From contig JAHBMJ010000477.1 of assembly GCA_018398765.1 (NCBI GenBank), positions 1 through 64,000 of the forward strand: a stretch of 64,000 nucleotides of DNA, in the 5' to 3' direction. Source of the DNA: Chromera velia (Eukaryota). The notes under the pieces are model-generated. The model saw only the letters and a list, made by a program, of their open reading frames with translations, did not search any database and was not told the DNA's origin. The position numbers and the translations under genes were made by a program. Positions 50,952-62,330 of the stretch are shown piece by piece. Each line of letters starts with the position of its first letter. Position 1 is the stretch's first letter.

Positions 50952-51642
50952 CGTTTTCAAGGTGGTTCGCACGGAGAAAAAGTCCGGCTCAGTGTATGCC
51001 GCGGCACTCCGGGCACTGCCTTTGCGGCCGGACCCGCGGCCCCTAACCGCGCGGCGAAACTCCAGTGCAATCCAGTGCACAATTTTCACATGCAGTTTTG
51101 TTCACAAAATTAGTCGCAAAATTAGGCGCAGATCGTTGTCTAGAGAGTTTGACCTTGTTTCCTTCATCGCTTCCACACTTTCGACTTGAAGGAAATGGAA
51201 CAGACCGAACTGACTCATGAGCAGGCGTCCAGGAGGGTTCTGAAGGAAAACGTATGTGGGGAGTCTCAAGAACAAACTTGATGAAGGGTCCAAGTCCAGT
51301 GTCCTGATCAGACAGAGATTCTATAAGCCTTCTTACGTGCCCGTTTTTCTGTCTGGTCGAGTCTGATTCCCTATCTGGCTGTCAAGAAAGCAGCCAAAAG
51401 GCAAGGATTCAGATATTTTGCCTTCCTGCCCGTCTGCTTGTTAAGACGTACACATCAATACTTTCTTCTTTCTTTTTTGCACATTTGTGGTTCGTCAAAT
51501 AGATCGAACTAACTGTTCATCGGTGAGTTTCCGACTGGCCTGCTGGTAGAAGCGCGGTAACCCAGGCAGAGAAACAAGCGACCCAGAAGGTCAACGAAGA
51601 TCCCAATTCCCCTCGTAGAGTGAAGGTCGTCCGACTGATCAC

Positions 51643-53135
51643 ATGAGGCTTTGTTTTTTGGGGTTTTGGATATTTTGGGAATGCAAGGGGAGAGGGGTAC
51701 GAGCGGCAGCTCCCGTGTCCCTGGTCGCTATTTTGATTTTCCTTTCTCTCCTCGTCTCTCCCGGGACTGCTGTCACGCTGACTGCCTTCCTTCCGTCCGG
51801 AAGTTGTGCGTCAAGGGAGTGGGGGGAGGGAGAGGGGGACCGCCGTCTCCGTCACCGTCACTGTGGACGGTCTGCGGGAGGCCGAATTTTTGGGTTCTCC
51901 TCCGAACACAGACGGGGCACGGGTGCTCAGGGCAGTCTCTTGTTGGGGGGGGAAGAGAGTGGGAGCCGTGGTAAAGGAAAGGGGGGTCATACGTTGCTCC
52001 GTGCGAGCAGACGCACGAATGGTGTTATAGGGGGGGGTCTTGCTTCGACGCTCCGAGACAGTCTCCATGATTTGGCCTACTCTGTGCTTGTCCTGCCGTT
52101 CGAAGCTCGACGCGACTCTTTTGAGACTTCGCGGGAGGGGTCGACAGTGGAGGAAGTGCTGGATGCCCTGGGGCGCGTCTCTGTGGTCGCCCCTGCTAGT
52201 ACCTACAGCTACAACCAGTTGATCACTGCGTGTAGCCGCCACAGCGATTTTGGTGTTTGTCAGGAATTGTTCAGAGAAATGAAGGCTGAGGGATTGTCAC
52301 CCAACAGGTGCACCTTCAATGCTCTTCTGTTCGCGTGCATTCGAGCAAAGGGTGGGTCGCGGGTCGACGACGCCCTACTGCTGTTTGCAGAAATGAAAGG
52401 TATGGGGATCACCCCCGATGTCCAAACTTTCAAGCACATGGTGGCTACTGCAGCCCTCGCACCTGGGGGGAGCAAGTGGGAGCTTGCCCGAAGTCTCGCT
52501 AGAGAAATGCGCTCGCGCGGTATCTGCGCAGACGGTGAGCTGTACAAGTATTTAATTAGCGCAGCAGCCATGGCGGCAGGCGGCTGTCCCTGGGAGCGGG
52601 TCCTCTCTGTGTTCAACCAAATGAGAGCAGATGCTGTGGTGCCTGATGAACAGGTCAGCCGGGGGGGGGAAGTTAGACTGGCCCTTCTTTCCTTCCTCGC
52701 TTTTCGTTCGTACCCCTGGCCGTCCGCGCTCTTTCTGTCCCCTCCAGTTAGTGAGGAGGGCCGACAAGAGAAAAGAAGAGAGGAAAAAGAAAGAAAAAAA
52801 AGGCTCTGTATCCTCTTTCCCTTTACAGCGAGCTGTGATTTAGCTGCGGAGCCTATTTGATAGTCTTGTCGTCTCTGCCACTCGGAAATAGGCTCTGAAT
52901 GTCTGCTTTTCTTTCGGATTCTGATTCAGAAGCAGAAGTGAAGGAGAGAACCTCCGCCCGTCCAGTGTCGTGAAAGAACGTTCGTGTGTGTCGAAGAGCT
53001 GCACGTCCATTGCCTTGAAGTTCAATGGCAGAGGAACCCCAGAGGAACCGCTCTATCACATCGCTACCTTTTCTTTCTTTTTTTCTTTTCTTTTTCTTTT
53101 CTTTTCTTTTCTTTTCTTCCTTCCTTCCTTCCTTC

Positions 53136-53166
<31 letters not shown>

Positions 53167-54384
53167 TCACAAGTTGTGTGTGTGTGGAAAAAGAAAGGCG
53201 ACTCTCTTCCTCAAAGTGCGGAGTCTCTCAAAGACAGAAGTCAGTGAGTGCACGTTCAGCCAGATGCTTTCATCAGTCGAACGCTCGACCCGACTTTCCA
53301 TTCTTTCTCGCTCGCTTGCTTGCAGGTCTACCGGATGCTTATCACATCTTTTGCGACGGCCCCAGCCGGATCGGGGTTGAACCAAGCGATGACCCTGTTC
53401 AGAGAAATGAAGGCAGCGGGGGTGGCAGGTTCTGCATTGGTGTATAAGATCCTCATTAACGGCACAGCTAGGGCGACGGGGGGGGCAAGGTGGGAGCGTG
53501 CCGTTACGCTTTTTGAAGAGATGAAGAAAGAGGGGATTGAACCTGACGAGGACGTCTACACCGTTTTGATTGGCTGTGCGGCACTTGTGCCTAACTCTGT
53601 GCGTGTGGAGAAGGCGCGCGAGTTGTTTGTGGAGATGCAGAGGAGAGGGATGAAGCCGGATGGGTGGATAGTCAGAGTGATGCATGGATGGATGTCAGTC
53701 GGAACATCCTCCTCGTCTTCTTCTTCTTCCGTGTCTCCTTCTTCCGGATCATCCGCCCTTGACGGGGCCGAGGTTCAACCTGCAGGGTCTCCCGTCTCCT
53801 CCCAGACACAGACGGAGGCAAAGGTTCTTGACCCCTTAGCAGACGGTGGAATGCCGTCTTCCTCTTCTTCTTTTTCTTGTTCCTCCCCTGTCTCTTACAG
53901 CCCCCGTGTTTTGTCCGAGAGGAAGGGGGAGGGAGAAGAAGGAGGCAGAGAGAGACAAGTCCCGGGGGAATCTAGGTTGTCCTTTCTGAAAGGAGAAGGA
54001 GAGGGAGGGAGAGAGAATAATGAAAGGGAGGGCCGGAAAGAGGGGAACCGTGCTTCACAGACAAACAGACCACCTCAGGTTTTGAATTTGGATGCAGGGC
54101 AGACTGAGACCCCCTCTAGTCTCTCGGTCGGTCGGTCAGGGCGGGGGGGGAGAGGTAAATCCGTTTCTTCGTCTCCCTCCTCCCCAGTTTCCTCATCGGA
54201 GCCTAGATCATTTTCTTCTTTTGAGGGGGAAGCAGAGAGTGAAGAGACCGCGTCAGAAGAGGGCAGCAGTAAAAGGCACAGGGGCAGAGAGAGAGGGAGG
54301 CTGAAAGGGCAGGGGAGTGAGAAGGCAGAAGACGGAACGGGAGAGGGAGAGGAGGGAAATGGGCAAGGTGAGGCGCTTTTGTGA
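51643..54384 (+). CDS. Pentatricopeptide-repeat (PPR) protein, likely plastid-targeted
   Basis: Exon 51643-52653 (GAA CAG|GTCAGC) joins in phase 0 to exon 53326-54384 (TGCAG|GTC TAC). Seven PPR motifs, e.g. SYNQLITACSRHSDFGVCQELFREMKAEGLSPN. Hydrophobic signal followed by TAFLPS. A further 3' exon via a donor at about 54368 is possible. Confidence 0.88.
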
Positions 54385-55436
54385 AAGCTTTTGTTTTTGT
54401 CTAAAAGAAACGCTTCTCTTCTCTGCCCCTCCTGGGCGAACAGCGCGAGTGGTTAGTAGGATGGGTTCATTCTCTTCATTCTGTTTTTGTGGTGTCCTTT
54501 TGATTTCTATGTTTTTGAAGGTCTCGATTGGATTGGCGGTGTCAGGTGTGGGGGGATGGGACTAAAGAGTGAAGAAAGAATGAAGCACACAGGCAGCCTA
54601 TGAAGACAGGTAGGATGCTTTGCAGGGAGTGTGGGAGGGAGGGACGGGGAATGTTGGAGACCTGTTCTTTCTTTCGTTCTTTTCTTTCTTTCTTTCTTTC
54701 TTTCGTTCGTTCATTCTTTCTGTCTTTCTTCGTTTGTTTGTCCTTCATGGATTTGATATCTCGTGTCTGTCTGTTCTGTTTGCCCATGTCTTTACATTTC
54801 CTGTCTGGATGCGCAACTCTCTTCCTCTACCGGATTCTTTTGGTTGGTCTTTCTCCTGTCTTCGTTTTCTCTTTCTTTTCTTGCATAAAATTGTTGTGCC
54901 TGTATGTGCCCGGTCATGGTGAAGGGGAAAAGAAGGCAGCAAGAAACCCAAAGAGAGGCTCTGACTGTCGGTCTGGTTTCAGCCCTTTGTTTTGTGGTCA
55001 TGTCTCGTGTAGATGCATGTTGCATTGTGTGGTGGACAGGGAAGGCGATGTAAGGGGTGCAGGTTTTAACAAACGATCGAAAGGCGTGAGGAGAGAAGCA
55101 GATGCAAAAAGAATCTCTCTCTCCATCTCTCTCTCTATCAAGGGGGGTCCCGTCTCATCCCTGCATTGCCCTTCAATGGAAGAGACTCTGTGGGTGTAGA
55201 GACGGAGGGAATAATCAGAGAGCAAGAAGGAAAAACGAAAGAAGAGACTGCAAGGCGTTGCCTGTCTCCTCTCGTGCCCTTGTTTGTCTCGTCTGGATGT
55301 GCGTGCAATGTGTCTCTTTGTCTCAGTTTGTCTGTGTCTCTGTCTCTCTTCTTTTCATCATTTCTTCTTTCCTCTTCGCATGCCTCCATTCTCTTCTACG
55401 CCCCGCCACGCCTTCTTGCTGTGTTTGCCAACTTCC

Positions 55437-55485
<49 letters not shown>

Positions 55486-56265
55486 TGTGCGTGCGTGTGC
55501 GTCTGCCGGCGACGAGCCCTGCAAACGGAAGTTCATGGGTTTGTTTCATTTCGGATTTTGGCAAGTGCTGCTCCTTTCTTTTCTGTCTTTCTTCCTTTTC
55601 TTGTCGTTTTTCTGCCTTAATATCTCGTTTTTTCTTTCGTCGTCTGTTCTCTTCTTTCTTTTCTCTTCGTCCGTATTGGGTTGGCGTGATTGATGCGTTG
55701 TTGTCCCCCCAGCGCCTTTTCGGAAGATGAGTGGGACGTTTTGTTTTGTTAGGGTCGCCTTTTGAGTGTTTTTCTCTTTTTCCTTGCTTTTCTCCTCGAT
55801 TCTCTTTTTTTTCTTCCTTTCTTTTGAAGAGAGGGTGAGGTTAATTAAATTTGAGAGGGATCTGTGCAGAGAAGGCACCAGACTGCCTCTCTGAGTTCGC
55901 GCTTTTGTTCTCGTCATGCAAATGCAAAGAAGTAGGGTCATCTCAACCGCTCGACTGTTCGCTCAGCTGGCGGAAGAGGAAGAGAGGATCCGATTATTTA
56001 ATTTAACTGCCAGCAATTCTCCGTTAATTCCAATTTGGTTCGCTGTCCAATTTTCCTTCGATCGGACTGTCCGCCGGTTTTGTCGAGTTGCCCATCATTT
56101 CTTTCTGTCCTCCGCCCTCCCTCGATTTATGATGTGGAGACGTATCGTTTTTGTTGCCTCAGTGTACCATACCGCACCATTAATTCTTTTCTTGTCCCGC
56201 CTTTTCTTCCCCCTTTCTTTTCATTCCAGTTTGCATCGTTCGAAGTCCTTGGTTGTCCATTCTTT

Positions 56266-56300
<35 letters not shown>

Positions 56301-56757
56301 TGTCCTCTCTGTCTGATGTTTGTGTGACTATGATGGTTTCTCTTCATTCCTGCTGGCTGCATGGTCATCGCATTTGTTGCCATTCAAGCTGGGTCCACAC
56401 CCACGATCATGAATTCAGACACACCCTCACACCCTTGCAGCATGATTACGCCGGATACATAGTGGGAGCGTGGGACAGAAAGACACAGAGGGGGGGGGAA
56501 AGGGGACAGGGGGGGGGGAAAGAATTTTGTCCAGACTTTCGGTACAGGGATGCCGATGCTACCTGTTCACTTTTCGTTTTCTGTGGAGTCCCCCCTGTGA
56601 CCGTCGTTCTTGTTCATTCCCGTGCCCCCGTGCTTTCCTGTGTGTCTGCGCAAAGCGCAAAAGAAAGAAAGCTAGAGGGAGGTACGAAGCTTGCTCAAAG
56701 GATCGTTGACGGTTTTTGTGTGTAAGAAGAATGCAGAGAGCTTGCATTTACGCACAT

Positions 56758-56796
<39 letters not shown>

Positions 56797-57915
56797 TTAA
56801 GGCTACGGGAAAAGAGAAAGGGCCTGCATGCAGAGTTGTTGAGAATTTGTGAGAGGAAGATCCGAAAGAAGACTGCGAAAAGAAATAGATTGAGGACAGA
56901 ATTTGTTTCTCTGCCTGGCTGCCTGCTTGCACTTCTTCCCTTCGCTTGCCCGGCGGAGTGTTTTTCTTTCGTCTTCCCCCCCTCCTATCCGGACACAGAA
57001 GTCTGTTCATCACCCTATTAACTCTATCCTTTGTTCCGTCCTGTCCGCTGAAGCGACTGCCCTCCTCGCCCTTAGAAGCAGATGCATTGTCTGGTGTTTC
57101 TCGACCCACTCCCTTCTTTTTCCCCTACGCGCCCGTTGAATCTCGGGGTTCCTTCGTGCTTTCCCTCCAGACGGCATTCAGACAGGCTTGTAGAGTGTAA
57201 TCAAGTTAAATTAGTTAGTTCCTCGATCGACCCACCGACCCACCCAGCGATCGAGATCGAATCCTACCACCTCCATGGCTTCGTTCGTATGAATAGTATT
57301 GCGCTTGTTTGCATGATTGATTTTTCGATCCGCTCACTGGCAACTACCCGCCTAGCTGTTTATAGCGTGTTTTGTCTGTCAGACAGACTTCAGTTTGTCA
57401 GTGGCTCCGTGGAGTTAACTTTCGATCGATCGTGGCTGACCGACTGCTTCAAAAAGCGGTCAACGAAGACTGTTACGAAGTGCAACTATGAGCTTCAAAA
57501 CGAGAGGAAAATTCGTGGAGGGGGGAGGAAAAGATGCTAATGAAAAGATGAAAAGTACCAACGTGAGACGTGCTGCCTGGGTATGCAAAGTTGTTTCATA
57601 AATTGATCTAGGAATTGACAGGAATGTGTCTCCCTGAAAAAACAGAGGATTGAAACAACAACTACACAGTACGGTTAGGAGTAACGAAAGTAGGACGGTT
57701 ACTAGGCGGCCGTTAGGCCGCCCAGTTACCAATTTTGTGGTGACGGTAGTAGTGTTCCAATGGTAGTGGTAGTAGCCAAAAACAGGCAGATTTGGCCATA
57801 TTTTTAGTCAAACTTAACCTATAAAACCAATTTTAGACTAGTAAAAATCATATTTTTGGCATTGATTAAAAGTTTATTCTGGTAAGACTCAATGTTCATC
57901 ATTTTATGACTGAAC

Positions 57916-58217
57916 TGTTAGTGCGCGCGGGGGTGGACGGACGCGCGGGCCACTGCACGCGCGACGCCCGCCGCCGCCGCCCATGATGATCTAACGATTT
58001 GCATGCGCGAGTCGATACATGCATGCATGCAGATTTCATTCATGTACATGCAGACGTGAATGATTGAATGATTGCCTCTTCGTGACAACAGTGACGAAGA
58101 GACCCGATTCATGACAGTCGGTAATTAGCCGATTGAGAGACAGCCGATTCTATGTGCATGTGACGTGTCGATCCGAATAGTCGCATCCTCTCGATCGACA
58201 CAACGTAGACGGCAACA
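57916..58217 (+). repeat. 5' LTR of the copia element (TGTT...AACA, about 302 bp; end inferred)
   Basis: Near-identical to 63816-end, with 2 C/T differences and 1 indel in about 180 bp. The 3' boundary is inferred from CAACA at 58213-58217. Confidence 0.8.
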
Positions 58218-58403
58218 GATTGAGAAGATAGAAGTCGGAATGCTGGGATTAAGGTCAGTCCTTCTAGATCTAGACTTCTTGACGTTAAATGCTCTGAGTA
58301 CACTGCTTCTACTATCATTGCTTTGTACTTAGCCTAGCGCTGTCGGCTTGCTTCCTAGCCTACTTCCTCCAGTCTCAGTTCCTGTGTACAGACTGTTGCT
58401 CCG

Positions 58404-59648
58404 ATGTCTGACTCAGGCCTGAACCCTAACACTGGTGTCCCAGACGCGGGCGATAAGCCTTCTTCTTCTGCTTCCAATACTGCAGGCTGGCAGGAGCAGA
58501 GGATTGTTAAACTGGAGGCGGATCTGGCCAAGGCGCTGAGCTTGCTGATGGCGAGCCAGTCGGCTCAAACTTCTGCTGCAGCTGCATCTTCTGCTCCCCC
58601 GGCTGCTCTGAAGCCGCCTGATTTCTCTTGGGTTCCCAAGGTGAAGTCGCTGAAGGCTACCCACCTGGACAACTGGATGGATGACTGGAAGACACAGTCT
58701 AGCCTCTTCCTGTCCTCCCGGTATCACCCCGATGCCAACTTCCTGATCGAGATCTACAAGTACGCCCTGCTCCATGCCTTTTCGGACTTCGAAGAGCTCC
58801 GTAAAGACGTCCACACAGCAGCAGCCCAGGGCCACGAGATCGATAAATTGCTCAACACCGTGATCAATCACTACTTGAATGACAAGCCTGTCGAGAAGAC
58901 CATCACTGAGGAGAATTTCCATTCTCTTCGCCGTGAGAAGGAGAGGGGGGAGACACTGAAGGAAGTGTTGCGCAGACTGGACAAGGTCATTCGTTCTTCC
59001 GATGCCAAGGGCTTCACTCCAATGGACAAGGACACGAAGAAGCTCTGCGTGAAGCGTCTGTTCCTCACCCATGAGTGGACAGACATCGCAGAAAAGGCTG
59101 CGATGGAATTGAAGAAAGACATCGACTCCCTGACCTACTCCGACATCCGTCCGTTTGCCGACCGCAAGGCAGATGCACTTGCCTACAAGTCTGCTCTTCA
59201 CGGTGCTGAGTCCAAGGGCTCAAAGAAGGAGTCGGGGAGTAGACATGAGTTCGGGGGTGCCGCTGAGAAGCAGGATTCCAGAAAGAAGGGTGCAAAGAAG
59301 CCCAAGGGGAAGAAGAAAAAGCAGCAGGTGAAGCTGTTTGAAGAAACTGCAGGCAAGGCAGAGGGAACAAAGTGTAACAACTGCGGTTTCGTTCACCGCA
59401 GCCCAGACTACTGCCCCGCCTCCAAGAGTGAGTGCAAAACTGAGTGGGGGGGGTGCGGAAAGACTGGTCACTTCGCTCGGTGCTGCTCCAAGAAGAAGAA
59501 CTCTCCCATGGGGAAGAAGGAGAGTGCACGCCCCGCTGAGCGGCGTTCCCGCAGTTCACCTTCCTCCTCCCGCCGCTCTGATTCCGAGTCCTCATATCCC
59601 GATCTGGTGGAGAGCGACTTAGGCTCAGACTGTGATTCGGTTTTTTGA
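58404..59648 (+). CDS. gag: Gag of the copia element (intact, 414 aa, tandem zinc knuckles)
   Basis: ATG-initiated ORF with CNNCGFVHRSPDYC-PA..CKTEWGGCGKTGHFARCC and a basic region. Confidence 0.9.
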   Translation: MSDSGLNPNTGVPDAGDKPSSSASNTAGWQEQRIVKLEADLAKALSLLMASQSAQTSAAAASSAPPAALKPPDFSWVPKVKSLKATHLDNWMDDWKTQSSLFLSSRYHPDANFLIEIYKYALLHAFSDFEELRKDVHTAAAQGHEIDKLLNTVINHYLNDKPVEKTITEENFHSLRREKERGETLKEVLRRLDKVIRSSDAKGFTPMDKDTKKLCVKRLFLTHEWTDIAEKAAMELKKDIDSLTYSDIRPFADRKADALAYKSALHGAESKGSKKESGSRHEFGGAAEKQDSRKKGAKKPKGKKKKQQVKLFEETAGKAEGTKCNNCGFVHRSPDYCPASKSECKTEWGGCGKTGHFARCCSKKKNSPMGKKESARPAERRSRSSPSSSRRSDSESSYPDLVESDLGSDCDSVF

Positions 59649-62299
59649 GCCGGTCAGGTGGGTCTTTCGAGACCTCCAGTCTGAATGAGCGACTGCAACC
59701 TGCCTTTGTTGTTTCTTCTTTGAGGGGACGACAGGGGAAGGGAGCAGTGAAGGATTCCCGGGGCTAGGAGGTCCCAAGGGAACATGTACGCATGGTTCGG
59801 GCGACGTTCCGGAACATGCACTGGCCTGAGAGAGTGCTACCGGTGGGAGCGGTCGCAGGACCGAGGGCATCCGTCAGGGGAGCGAGACGCTTCGATGAAC
59901 CTCGGCAAGGCAAGGCCACTAAGCTCCCCCGGTCAGTCGATTTATTGTCAACAGCAACGGCAGCAACTTCTGCGTCCAAAGAGTCGGGTGCTACACCTTC
60001 TCTTTCTTGTGCTTTTCGTGTGCAGACAAAAACTTCGAGAGCGCGCATTCTCTCGAAGACAGATGCAGACGACGAGTTACTGCCAGACACCGGCTGTACA
60101 TTCAGCCTGCTCAACGAGGAGTTCGCAAAGTACTCGGTCGGTCAGAAGAAAAGATGCACGGAGTTCAACCTTGCCGCAAAGGGTGGCCCCGATGCGTCTC
60201 CTTTTGTTACTGACAACGTGCACCTCTTCCACTTCCCTGTTCGAGATGAGTTCGGGAAGGTGAGGCAGGTTCCTGAGGAGGGGGCTATTCACCCTTCCGT
60301 AGGCAGAGGTCTCCTCCCCTGTGCAGAGAAGGAGATTTTCCTTTCGAAGAGACGGAGGCGTCGCAGCTATGTCACGTTGACTAACACCAGCTTTTGGGCC
60401 CCCGTTGAGCGATCGGGATGGATGCCAGCCCTCCGTCTCTGCTAAAACGATGAAGCAGCAGCAGCCGCGCAGATGAATGCGCCCCTTAATGCCTGAAAGA
60501 AGAAAGTTTTCTACTCTTCCTCTCTCTCTGCAGAGGCTCGTTCCGCAGAAACCCTTCCTGCAGAGAGGAAGCGACACCTGCTCTATGTCTTGCATTCCCG
60601 ACTTGCGCATTCCGTGGGCGCTCGTCTTGAAAAGACTCTAGAAGAAATAGGAGTGCCTCTTTCCTTCTCTCCTCAAGAGTGCAGAGATGTGAGGGATTTG
60701 TGCGAAGCGTGCAAGTCAGTCAATCAGAGAAAGGAAAGGATCCCTGCAAAAGGGATTTTCAAAAAGGAAAAGTCGGGAGAGAAGAAGTAAGCAGTAAAGC
60801 GTGTTCGTTTTTCCGTTGAAGAGAAAACCTCATCCGTAGCCAAGGGTGACAAGCCAGCCCAAAAGTCGAAGCAGCCGCAGCATGCAAAGGAGCGCGCTCC
60901 CTTCAACCAAGTCATCTTTCATGACTTGAAGGAGATGCGGACGAAAAGTGTGGGAGGATTTCGCTACATTTCGGTGATCGTTTGTGGCGGGGTTAAGAAA
61001 GTTTCTCTCTCTGCACTTCGTAGAAAGCGCCACACAGTGTGGTACCTTCGTCAGTGGGTGTGCAGATGGCAGGTTCGCGGTTTCGGAAAGCCTCTTGTCG
61101 TTCGAACAGACAACGGGGGTGAGTTCGGCGGAGAAGAAGACAAGATTAGGTACGCAGCGGCGTGTGATGACATGGGTCTTCACCATGAGAGGGGTCCCCC
61201 TTTTAGCCCTGAGGTTCAGTCAGATGTTGAACGTGTGAACTCGACTGTCATCTCTCTTCTCAGAAAGACTTTGATTCAGCTCCATCTTCCTCTTTCTTTG
61301 TGGCCTGCCTTTCTCTCCAGCGTTGCTAATCAGTTAGGTGATGTCGTTCATAGTAAGACAGGCATGTCTCCCAATTCTTTGATTTTCGGTCATGCGTGTG
61401 GAGTGCCCCCAATCGCAATGGGGGATGAGGTTCGTGTGATAGATCCCGCAGGTTCAACGGACCCTCTTTCAAAGAGTGAGCGAGCACTCTTCAGGGGGGT
61501 ACAAGGCCCGCAGGTCTGTTCGCTCGTTGTGTTGCGGAGGGGTCGATGGGTCCCTTTGCGTGTGTATCCACAGCATGTCAGGCTTAAGAAGTGGTTGGGT
61601 GTGGACGAAGTACAGAAATGGAGAGAGGTAAGGAAAGAAAAGAAAGTTGAAAAGGAGTCTGGTGGATGGCCGCGTTCATCTGTCTGTGATGATGACGATG
61701 AGAGTCCGGGTGTTCCAGCAGTTGATTTGCATTCAGGGGGGGAAGACGTCGAGCCTGATTCTTCTTTCCCAGAAACAGAGCTTTTCCAGCTGCGTGATGA
61801 AAATGGAAATGAGCATCCCCGCCGCCAAGCAGGCAGGTGGGTGCTAGCAAGGAACACAGACGGTGCCCTTTGGCCTGGTTGTATTGTTCGAGAAGGAATA
61901 AAGTAAGAGCGAGGCTTGAAGGTAGCCAGATTCAATAAAGACGATAATGGAAAATGGAAGCCGAAAGAAATCGAGCATCATGTCAAGCAGCAAGACATAG
62001 TAGAGCGTTTCGATCCTCCTGTCGGGGGTGGCATTCCAGCAGACCTTCTTTCTCGTTTGGATGAATCTGACCCTCCTTCCTCCTCTGTTCCTCTTCAGTC
62101 TGCTCCTGATGTTTTTGCAGAGTCCCTTCCATCCTCTGACCATGCTGTCATCTCTTCTAATCCTGTGCTTGATGACGTCGATGTCATGCCGATTGATGTT
62201 GACCCAGTCGTAAAGCAGATTCAAGAGGAGGTCTGCCGTACAAATTTTCTCGATTGGAAAAGCAAAGGAAGAAAAGAGAAGAAAGCAATCATCTTTCAG

Positions 62300-62330
<31 letters not shown>

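Noticed and set aside
54400..57600. ORFs 54600-55199 and 55916-56725
   Set aside because: They run through simple repeats and have no domain. Likely 3' UTR or intron of the PPR gene.
58413..59595. Antisense ORFs over gag, and similar ones over the kinase exons
   Set aside because: Shadow frames of GC-rich coding sequence.
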